The notes under the pieces were generated by a model, which saw nothing but the letters and a program-made list of their open reading frames with translations, had not been told where the DNA came from and made no database searches. Position numbers and translations under genes: made by a program. From the IMG/VR virus record IMGVR_UViG_3300011868_000001, positions 64,001-128,000 of that record: DNA of 64,000 nucleotides, one strand, 5' to 3'. The DNA is from a virus. Lineage: Duplodnaviria; Caudoviricetes. Of this stretch, positions 28,938 through 35,605 are shown in pieces. Positions within the stretch are counted from its first letter, which is position 1. Each line of letters starts with the position of its first letter.

Positions 28938-29493
28938 TCACCACTTAAAAGCAGGAGGCAAGCTTTCCAGAGAGGCATCATCTACAGTGGCGCCCGTCTT
29001 TTGAAGCATCCGTTTGAGGTTCTTCTCCCGTTGCTGATCCGAGAACAGGGTGGAAGAATCCCAGCCCCATTGCAGCAGGCCCTGCCGTTGCTTGACATTG
29101 CACTTCTTGTCAGACAGCGAACAACTGGATTTGAGTTGGCCCATGTGCCTTGCTACAAAACTCTTCCAGCGCTTGATCTGCTTATCGTCCTCAGTGCCTA
29201 AACGACGCCCAAGGTAGTATTTGATATACCATTCCCACCAACCTAGCGGGGAGTCTCTGGTTGTCCATCCCTTACGCTGCCATTCTTTCAAAGACTGCCT
29301 GGATTTAATTCCATAGTGATTTATACTCACGTCAGGGTCAGACCCTCGCTTGAGCACTTTCTTGTGGTTTTTTATATTCGGCAGGAATGTCCTGGATGGC
29401 AGAGGTATATATTCCTTCAAATATTCCTTTGTCCAACATCTCCATTGGAGTATACGATGGACAAAAGTCGGGATGCCATAATTTCTTATCCAT
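28938..29493 (-). pseudogene. full-length replacement copy of a conserved hypothetical gene, interrupted by one extra A in an A6 run (29368-29373)
   Basis: Frame 1 MDKKLWHPDFCPSYTPMEMLDKGIFEG...AEYK; frame 2 NHKKVLKR...GWWEWYIKYYLGRR...QIKRW...RQGLLQWG; removing one A restores colinearity with 30204..30479. Confidence 0.7.
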
Positions 29494-30148
29494 TTCCATC
29501 CTCATCTAGCTTTTGGATGAATCTCTTAGCTACTGCTTGCGCAGGCGTCATGCCAGAATTTATCCTATTTAAAATCGTTTGATAAGGTATATCGAACATT
29601 TGTGAGAACTGTTTAATGGACATTTCATTACCGTTATAAATCAATTTACGTGTAGATCGCCTATTATTAGCCTGCTCTAATCGACTGGCCCATCTACAGT
29701 TATCCGGAGAGTACCCTTTGTCATTCTCTATTCTTTCTAAGGTATTACCGCCACAGTTTCCCATGTCCGAGTAAAAGTTTTCAAATGAATTAGTCCAGCG
29801 CGAACATACGGTTATACCACGCCCGCCATATGCGTGATAATTATCTGCGTTTGGATTATTGCATCTGTTTAACATAGCTCTCCATATGCGATATTCTGGA
29901 GAATTGCTCATTCCATGGGTTGTCTTTGTTTCTGTAGCGACCTCTTTATGGTAGCAGCCACAGCTGGTAGTTAAACCACCTTGTAGACTAGCCGCTCTAA
30001 CTTTAACGACGTTACCGCAGATACATGAACAATTCCAGACAACTTCCTTGGAATTAGGTTCTCTTCCAATAACAGTAAGGCGTCCGTAAACAAGACCAGT
30101 TTTATCATGAAATACGCCGGGCTTTGACAAATAACGATTAGGTTCCAT
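29486..30148 (-). CDS. free-standing HNH homing endonuclease (Cys-rich N-terminal domain)
   Basis: GRLTV, WNCSCICG, TSCGC, YGGRGITVCSRW, TLERIENDKGYSPDNCRWA; markedly AT-rich. Confidence 0.9.
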   Translation of the reverse strand: MEPNRYLSKPGVFHDKTGLVYGRLTVIGREPNSKEVVWNCSCICGNVVKVRAASLQGGLTTSCGCYHKEVATETKTTHGMSNSPEYRIWRAMLNRCNNPNADNYHAYGGRGITVCSRWTNSFENFYSDMGNCGGNTLERIENDKGYSPDNCRWASRLEQANNRRSTRKLIYNGNEMSIKQFSQMFDIPYQTILNRINSGMTPAQAVAKRFIQKLDEDGNG

Positions 30149-30186
30149 CTATGTCTCCGTATGGAAATAGTTATATCGACTCAAAT

Positions 30187-30194
30187 ATAATGTA
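30187..30194 (-). promoter_or_regulatory. putative early promoter TACATTAT carried by the HNH cassette
   Basis: Motif copy between the truncation point and the HNH start. Confidence 0.55.
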
Positions 30195-30203
30195 TCGGTA
30201 TAA

Positions 30204-30479
30204 TTATTTCCACCAACCCCCTTCATCGGTCATGATCCAACCGTTAGCCTTCCATGCGGACAGGGGCTGTCTGGATTTGACACCGTAATAGTTCAGTGAG
30301 ACATCAGGTGGATCTTTGGGACCTACGACCTTTTTGATCTTCTTCCAAGAGGCCGGGATGCCCTTGATGATGTTGATGTACTTGCCTTCAAAGACACCCA
30401 TCTCCAGCATTTCTTCAGGCGTGAAGGACGGAGTGAATTCAGGGTGCCAAGTTTTCTTTTGTGCTTCCATGGAGATCAT
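30204..30479 (-). pseudogene. 5' fragment of the original conserved hypothetical gene, truncated at GWW by the HNH cassette
   Basis: Colinear with the first 90 or so residues of the downstream copy; stop directly after GGWWK. Confidence 0.75.
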
Positions 30480-30530
30480 GATCGCAGTCTCGGTATGAGG
30501 TTATCCATAGCGATACGAACAAAAAAGAAA

Positions 30531-30548
30531 GGGAGGCCGAAGCCTCCC
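30531..30548 (-). terminator. cUUCGg hairpin with U-tract
   Basis: GGGAGGC-TTCG-GCCTCCC then TTTCTTTTTT on the minus strand. Confidence 0.8.
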
Positions 30549-30564
30549 TGATGCATCTCATCAT

Positions 30565-30723
30565 TTACACTTTGAGTAGTTGATGATGGAGCTTTAAGTT
30601 GCGTTTAAGGAGGGTCTTCATGAAACGTGAGGAGTTGTTGTAGAAGTTCCTATTGCGCTTCTTACAAGCACCGCCAAGTGCGATCTCATCGATATTCCAC
30701 GTAAGCATGACCGGCGTGTTCAT
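30565..30723 (-). CDS. small basic protein (52 aa, MNTPVMLTWNIDEIALGG...)
   Basis: ATGA overlap with the upstream stop; below the ORF-track cutoff. Confidence 0.45.
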   Translation of the reverse strand: MNTPVMLTWNIDEIALGGACKKRNRNFYNNSSRFMKTLLKRNLKLHHQLLKV

Positions 30724-31004
30724 GCGTCAACCAACCTGTCCAGAATGAACTGGAGCTTCTGGACGGCAGGGGCTTCTTCGACGATCTCGAGGTTATCCAA
30801 CGCCATTGTGTTGGGTTTGGACGTGTCGATCTCAAGGCCTGTAGTGAAATAGGTAGGAATCTCGCTACCATGCGTCACATAGATCGTGACCTCACCGTTC
30901 TCACCGGCTTCGGTGCCTACGACCTCGCTGATGAAATCCGGGATGTTGGTAAAGGACAGCTTAGCGCCGACTTGCAGTTTGGCAAGTTTCTCTTGCGGGG
31001 TCAT
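30720..31004 (-). CDS. hypothetical protein (94 aa)
   Basis: AAGGAG SD; operonic. Confidence 0.75.
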   Translation of the reverse strand: MTPQEKLAKLQVGAKLSFTNIPDFISEVVGTEAGENGEVTIYVTHGSEIPTYFTTGLEIDTSKPNTMALDNLEIVEEAPAVQKLQFILDRLVDA

Positions 31005-31006
31005 GA

Positions 31007-31438
31007 TTAGACTCCTTGCCTGTAGTCGCTGAACGCGTCGACCATATCCTGCATGGTGATCTTGCGGTCGAGGTCCGTGATGTTAAATGAGAACAGGGTA
31101 CTGGTACTGCCCACCGTAAGGCTTTCTTTGATGCGGGTTTCACGTTTGAATTCCCATTTGTTCTCTGAAGACTTGCCGGTCTTCTCGATGCGCCCCCAAT
31201 ACGCGTACTGCGAATAGAGTTCTTTGTTGCACAGCATCGAACGCGAGCCGTTAGGCAGGGACTTGGCGGAAACCACCGTGACCTGGATCAGTTTCGGCGT
31301 GATGATCTTAACGATGTAGGCACAGCGATCAGCAATCTCGAACAGTCCGTCGTAGGCGTTATGAGTGGCGTTGATGTGGGCGTTAATCAGATTGAGGATT
31401 TTCTTGCGTGTATCTTGACGTTGTTGACGAGTACTCAT
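31007..31438 (-). CDS. hypothetical protein (143 aa)
   Basis: AAGGAG SD. Confidence 0.75.
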   Translation of the reverse strand: MSTRQQRQDTRKKILNLINAHINATHNAYDGLFEIADRCAYIVKIITPKLIQVTVVSAKSLPNGSRSMLCNKELYSQYAYWGRIEKTGKSSENKWEFKRETRIKESLTVGSTSTLFSFNITDLDRKITMQDMVDAFSDYRQGV

Positions 31439-31466
31439 GGTGCAGCTCCTTCTAGGTGAGACGACA

Positions 31467-31492
31467 TAGCAGGTAGGCGAACCTACCTGCTA
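31467..31492 (-). terminator. UUCG hairpin terminator
   Basis: TAGCAGGTAGG/CCTACCTGCTA. Confidence 0.65.
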
Positions 31493-31505
31493 GTCTGTTG
31501 GGTAT

Positions 31506-31901
31506 TTAGGCGATCATGGCTGACAGCTCGCTCACGGAGGCGGGCTTGGTCAGTACAACGTGTTCCAGGACGTCATAGCGCTCGTTCTTGAGCAGGCAGG
31601 CGATCATGGAGGCACTGGATTCGTCGCATGGCCGTTTGGCTTCAAGGTCCCAGCCAAAACGTTGGACGATCTTTTCGATGATGGGGTTGTATTTCCGATC
31701 AATGCTGGTCACTTCCACCGACATAACCAATTGATCGACCCCATCGCCTTCTTCATCCAGTTCTGCAGTCTTGAGTTTGACCGCCCCAAGTTCCAGGGCG
31801 TTGCCAAAAGAATCGCCGATGCACATGAACTTGCGCAGCAGCTCTTTGCTCTCAGAATGCTCGTTGCTCAGAACCGGATGGAGAAGAAAATACTGTTGCA
31901 T
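31506..31901 (-). CDS. hypothetical protein (131 aa)
   Basis: AAGGGG SD. Confidence 0.7.
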   Translation of the reverse strand: MQQYFLLHPVLSNEHSESKELLRKFMCIGDSFGNALELGAVKLKTAELDEEGDGVDQLVMSVEVTSIDRKYNPIIEKIVQRFGWDLEAKRPCDESSASMIACLLKNERYDVLEHVVLTKPASVSELSAMIA

Positions 31902-32059
31902 GTGAAGCCCCTTATACAGCGTTCCGTGATATGTGATCGTTACCGATCCCTAGTGTGGCAAGGCGTAGTTGTAATTGCATACTGTAGTCGTATGCTGTAT
32001 TTTTATAATTATCGTGCATAAGTGCCCATTGTCGGCTAAGAAAATGGGCACGGTGCAAG

Positions 32060-32410
32060 TCACGCAGGGTTGTTCGCATTCCAATCGATGAAGTAAGCAT
32101 CGAGCAATGTCTCGAACTCCTCCATTGACTTGGCTTCATTGCGAAGCTCAGCAAAGCGTTCTCTGAAAGCCGTCACGTCTGCCTCAGTGCTGGCCAGTAG
32201 GCGGTCATGAATGGCATCACGTTGAACTTTGGTGAGGCGCTTGGTGGTCTGGCAAATCATGATAGGTACCTCAATGCCTTTCTCTTCACAGACACGTACC
32301 AGATCGTCATGGGCCTTGCGGAAGTCTTCGACTGCCTTAAGGGTTCTTTCACGACTGGTAGAATCGGGTTCGGCTCGCTTGAGGTCCTGCAAACGAATCG
32401 ATGGAATCAC
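32060..32410 (-). CDS. hypothetical protein (about 116 aa)
   Basis: GGAGG SD before GTG 32410. Confidence 0.65.
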   Translation of the reverse strand: MIPSIRLQDLKRAEPDSTSRERTLKAVEDFRKAHDDLVRVCEEKGIEVPIMICQTTKRLTKVQRDAIHDRLLASTEADVTAFRERFAELRNEAKSMEEFETLLDAYFIDWNANNPA

Positions 32411-32411
32411 G

Positions 32412-32618
32412 TCATGCCTCCAATACTGGCTCGATGAGCGATTGATCGGAAGGCTTGCGACGCTCATGGGTGATCGCCATGGCAATAATGAATTGCGCTA
32501 CCCCAAGACCTACAGCCCAATGGACTGAGATCAATGCCCCGATAGCTGCAAAGATCACCACTGCCAGCGCCACCAACACAGTACGAAACAGGATGAATTC
32601 CCTAGCTTCCTGCGACAT
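32412..32618 (-). CDS. small two-TM membrane protein
   Basis: Two hydrophobic helices in 68 aa. Confidence 0.7.
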   Translation of the reverse strand: MSQEAREFILFRTVLVALAVVIFAAIGALISVHWAVGLGVAQFIIAMAITHERRKPSDQSLIEPVLEA

Positions 32619-32621
32619 GGA

Positions 32622-33047
32622 TCAGCGCACCATTTCCAGACGTTCGGCCAACAGATCACTCAGTGAGCGCATGAGTGATTCTTGCTCACGCAGCTTGAGG
32701 ATGTGTGGACTGACGAGTTCGACCGAATCGAGGTAGGCGATGAGCTTGGACAGGCGATCATCCAGCTGAGCCTTTTCAGCGACCAGACGCTGGACCCAAT
32801 CTGGGCAATCGGACACATCACCCATGGGCAGGTAGGCGCCTTCAAATACAGCACTGGGCGACCAGCTGATGTAACCATCGTGCTTGGGGTGGTTTGGCTG
32901 CCCCCCATCGGTGTACTCAATCAGATAGCCGGTATCTTCCGGATTTTCGTCAGCCGGAATATCCCACCCGCGGTAGACATTGTAGTCACCGCGGGTCATG
33001 GGCGTTGCCTTGATGATCTTGGTACCGACATAGTGCTGCATTGACAT
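32622..33047 (-). CDS. two-domain phage protein (YxGTK...GYISWSP domain plus crAss001_48-like helical domain), candidate anti-defence nucleotide sponge
   Basis: YVGTKIIKATPMTRGDYNVYRGW...GYLIEY...GYISWSPSAVFEGAY and WVQRLVAEKAQLDDRLSKL...QESLM...LAERL. Confidence 0.6.
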   Translation of the reverse strand: MSMQHYVGTKIIKATPMTRGDYNVYRGWDIPADENPEDTGYLIEYTDGGQPNHPKHDGYISWSPSAVFEGAYLPMGDVSDCPDWVQRLVAEKAQLDDRLSKLIAYLDSVELVSPHILKLREQESLMRSLSDLLAERLEMVR

Positions 33048-33162
33048 CTTCCTTGTTGGCTAGTTATAGGCGGGGAGTTCTCGGTAGCCTGTCTTAAGTG
33101 CCGACGGGGAAGGCACGACAGGAACGGGTGTAGATGGGCCCTCTACCGGACCTCCCCTGTTC

Positions 33163-33290
33163 TGGACGTTGTGGACGGGAACCGAAACCCGTTCCTCCTC
33201 AGCAGTGCTTTCACCGCTATGCGGGCGGCTAACTCAGATGCATTGTCCAAGTAACCTTGCTGAGGCGTTCGTATGTAAACTACCACAACG
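33163..33290 (-). ncRNA. tRNA-like RNA with encoded UCCA end and an approximately 53-nt insertion replacing the anticodon loop
   Basis: CGTTGTGG/CCACAACG acceptor, TA, GTTT/GAAC D-stem, CCTCAGCA/TGCTGAGG stem, ACGGG/CCCGT T-like arm, TCCA. Confidence 0.65.
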
Positions 33291-33583
33291 AACTGGGTTG
33301 GGGAATTGCCCAGTAACGCTCACGTCACCCTAGACGACTACTTGACTGTCGGGGCGTGGATACCAGGTACAATTCCCCAAACTGGGAGGAAGGGCCGGGA
33401 CTTAGGCAGTGATACCTGGGGGAGGGTTCCTTGCCGGGCTGCTGAAGGCCCTGCAACTCACTACCCTCACCCCGGCCCTTCCAAACAGGACGGGAGAGTC
33501 GTCCGACTGGTCAAGGGGACCAATCCAGCACCAGTCATCCGATCGCCGTGACGAAATCGGTGGACGGCTCTCCCTAACTGAGA

Positions 33584-33713
33584 CAAGTAGTCGGAGTCGA
33601 ACCGACTGGATACAGGGTATCCACAGCTACCACCCTTCCTGACCCGATGCCGACAATATGGCTCCAGGAAGCTAAGGCCGAATCTCACGGCGAGCACGGT
33701 TAAGCTGTACTTG
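33584..33713 (-). ncRNA. tRNA-like RNA with a canonical T-arm and an expanded central domain
   Basis: CAAGTA/TACTTG acceptor-like stem; GTCGG-TTCGACT-CCGAC T-arm; GGATAC/GTATCC extra arm. Confidence 0.6.
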
Positions 33714-33787
33714 AATTTAAACCGACTGTCGGGACGGCATCCACCTTTACCGCATGCAAGACCTGCACACGACCAACAGTCGAAAAG

Positions 33788-33862
33788 GGTCTCAGTGACC
33801 AGGACTCGAACCTGGGACTTGGCCTACGGCCTTTAGTTCTAACCGACTGAACTACCACTGAG
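33788..33862 (-). tRNA. tRNA-like gene with shortened anticodon arm (pseudo-tRNA or tRNA mimic; GUA in a 3-nt loop)
   Basis: TCAGTGG/TCACTGA acceptor, TA-GTTC-AGTCGGTTA-GAAC D-arm, CCAGG-TTCGAGT-CCTGG T-arm; anticodon arm only GGCC-GTA-GGCC. Confidence 0.7.
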
Positions 33863-33905
33863 CACGAAATGCTTCGAGAGCGTCCAATGATCGGACGCTC
33901 TGTCG

Positions 33906-33935
33906 CATAGATTACATCCCGCTGTACTTTTTTAC
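33906..33935 (-). promoter_or_regulatory. putative middle/late promoter for the RNA array
   Basis: GTAAAAAAGTACAGC...TATG; similar A-tract motifs lie upstream of other minus-strand operons. Confidence 0.45.
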
Positions 33936-33938
33936 GAT

Positions 33939-34397
33939 TTACTTGTCTTCACCGTCTTCGATATAGCGTTCATAGTACTCGACCAGCTTGCGGTAGGTGT
34001 AACGATCAGTCACGCCTTGCTTGATACACGCCAGAGATGAGTCACGACGAACGCCCTGCTCGAAGAGTAGGCTCTCCAAGGTATCGACAACGGTGTATGA
34101 GCGAATCCGTCCTTCACCACAGTTGACGTAGATAAGCCCCTTGTCCTTGTGCTCGTTGACAAAGTCAAAGATCTTCTTGGCCAGTTCAGGCCGCATGCAG
34201 TGGTCGCGCTCATCCTCGCTCATGTGGTCGCCAGGGAAGAAGTCAATGCGCAGCAGTGGGCGATTGTCTTTGTTCGGGATGGCGGCACCGGGACTGTACT
34301 TATCGCTGATGCTGATCAAAGGCGCATCGATCGGAATCTGACCGACTTTCTTCTTACTGATGTTGGTAAGGCGTAGGGTGGTGTTGGGCGTTATCAT
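33939..34397 (-). CDS. Cx5R (PTP/dual-specificity-like) phosphatase
   Basis: IYVNCGEGRIRS P-loop; LISISD; start re-called at MITPN (ATGA overlap). Confidence 0.8.
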   Translation of the reverse strand: MITPNTTLRLTNISKKKVGQIPIDAPLISISDKYSPGAAIPNKDNRPLLRIDFFPGDHMSEDERDHCMRPELAKKIFDFVNEHKDKGLIYVNCGEGRIRSYTVVDTLESLLFEQGVRRDSSLACIKQGVTDRYTYRKLVEYYERYIEDGEDK

Positions 34398-34555
34398 GCC
34401 GAGGCCTTCTTGGTGAGTTGGTTGTTGGTGCGCTGCTGACGAATCTTGGCGCATTTGACATGGTTATAACGCTTATCGCAACGACGGTGACCACAGACAT
34501 CGCACAGTGCGGTCATAGGGGCGCCGAAACCATTGCTGTTAAATCCACGGGCCAT
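34394..34555 (-). CDS. 53-aa Zn-finger-like microprotein
   Basis: MARGFNSNGFGAPMTALCDVCGHRRCDKRYNHVKCAKIRQQ...; AAGGAG SD; ATGA-coupled to the phosphatase; missed by the ORF track. Confidence 0.7.
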   Translation of the reverse strand: MARGFNSNGFGAPMTALCDVCGHRRCDKRYNHVKCAKIRQQRTNNQLTKKASA

Positions 34556-34570
34556 GCTGGACAGTTCTCC

Positions 34571-35023
34571 TTACTGGGTGGGTGCGCCTGTGGCGCAAAT
34601 GTAGTTGGCTTCAACAAAAGGTAACATCGACAAGTAGACGTACCTGATGTCGTCTTCAAAACTCAGACCGCCGTTACCGCAGCCCATGGGCGGGATGGCG
34701 ATGGTCTTGAATTTATCCGGGTGTCGATTGACCAGGTTTACCAGCTTGTTGAAGTTATGGATCACCAAGTCACGCGGTGACGGGTTGCGCCAGTTCAATT
34801 TGGTGGGCACTAAGAGGTACTTTACCCCTTCGTGCTGATACAGAATGAACTGGGTCGGATCAAGGATGGGGTACATCTTCTTGTAATGTTTGTACAAACC
34901 AGGGATGGTGTCTCGAGCCGTTTTAGCAATCCCGGCGCCCATGGCACCCACCAAATTGATGGTTATGATTACCGTGTCCGCCTCGACACTGAACAAGTCC
35001 TGCTGAACAATCTCCAGGGCCAT
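34571..35023 (-). CDS. macrodomain protein (DarG/Poa1p-like ADP-ribose hydrolase)
   Basis: DLFSVEADTVIITINLVGAMGAGIA, VPTKLNWRNPS, IAIPPMGCGNGGL. Confidence 0.9.
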   Translation of the reverse strand: MALEIVQQDLFSVEADTVIITINLVGAMGAGIAKTARDTIPGLYKHYKKMYPILDPTQFILYQHEGVKYLLVPTKLNWRNPSPRDLVIHNFNKLVNLVNRHPDKFKTIAIPPMGCGNGGLSFEDDIRYVYLSMLPFVEANYICATGAPTQ

Positions 35024-35059
35024 ACTGGGTATCCTTACACGGATTGCTAAGACATGTAG

Positions 35060-35067
35060 ATAATGTA
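35060..35067 (-). promoter_or_regulatory. putative early promoter TACATTAT
   Basis: About 37 nt upstream of the macrodomain start. Confidence 0.6.
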
Positions 35068-35089
35068 CTGTTTCCGGCAAATCGAATAG

Positions 35090-35113
35090 AGAGGAGGGGC
35101 GAACCCCTCCTCT
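35090..35113 (-). terminator. UUCG hairpin terminator
   Basis: AGAGGAGGGG/CCCCTCCTCT. Confidence 0.7.
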
Positions 35114-35605
35114 TTACTTTTTCATACCTGCACCTTCCATCAGTGACGCGACTGAGGCATCCTCTTTCGAGGAAACGACATCAGAACGCTTCAAGATGGC
35201 TTCTGCTCGGTCACGAGGCAGCTTCAGAAACTCCTGAAAACTGATCCCGGTGTACTTCAACACATTGGCGGCCAAGTACCGCTCAAGGTAGACATCGAAC
35301 GGATCAACGTTTGCCAGGTCCTCTGCGTTATGCATGGCAACCAAGGCGTAGTTGGAATGACCCTGACCACTGCTTTGATAAACACCGAAGTACTCATCAT
35401 AACACTCAGTGGCTACGATCTGGGCAGCGATGCTGTCTAGGGTCTTTTCAGACGTCGACAGCACTGTATCCAGAACGGTGGGTTCATCGATCCGTTCGAG
35501 CTTGTCCATGCCAAATTGACGATCACCGATGTGATGGCCGATCGGCAATATTACATCGCCACGCCTTCTACTTGGCTGATCTTCAGCGCGGCTAGGGTGA
35601 AAAAA
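35114..35605 (-). CDS. -1-frame ORF, probable C-terminal (gpT-like) part of a frameshifted tail assembly chaperone
   Basis: Open in the -1 frame across the slippery site; no good SD/ATG; TGISFQEFLKLP motif. Confidence 0.6.
   Translation of the reverse strand, partial: FFHPSRAEDQPSRRRGDVILPIGHHIGDRQFGMDKLERIDEPTVLDTVLSTSEKTLDSIAAQIVATECYDEYFGVYQSSGQGHSNYALVAMHNAEDLANVDPFDVYLERYLAANVLKYTGISFQEFLKLPRDRAEAILKRSDVVSSKEDASVASLMEGAGMKK

Larger units (their letters stand above)
33069..33901 (-). ncRNA. polycistronic array of eight structured, partly tRNA-like small RNA domains plus a 5' hairpin
   Basis: No credible ORF; eight consecutive domains closed by 6-13-bp stems; spacers under 10 nt; T-arm, D-arm and NCCA elements read on the minus strand. 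Confidence 0.75.

Noticed and set aside
29244-30209. Possible group I intron around the 220-aa HNH
   Set aside because: No P/Q/R/S core and no room for a ribozyme; the flank is a duplicated coding N-terminus
33200-33245. CUGA...stem...GAAA inside the tRNA-scaffold insert, resembling a hammerhead core
   Set aside because: The spacing is CUGAGUUA rather than CUGANGA, and stems I and III cannot be formed plausibly
33306-33697. Short ORFs (76-81 aa) over the RNA array
   Set aside because: No SD, atypical composition, and better explained by nested inverted repeats
33069-33901. CRISPR array or tmRNA interpretation
   Set aside because: No 23-50-nt direct repeats and no cas genes; no Ala acceptor identity or tag ORF
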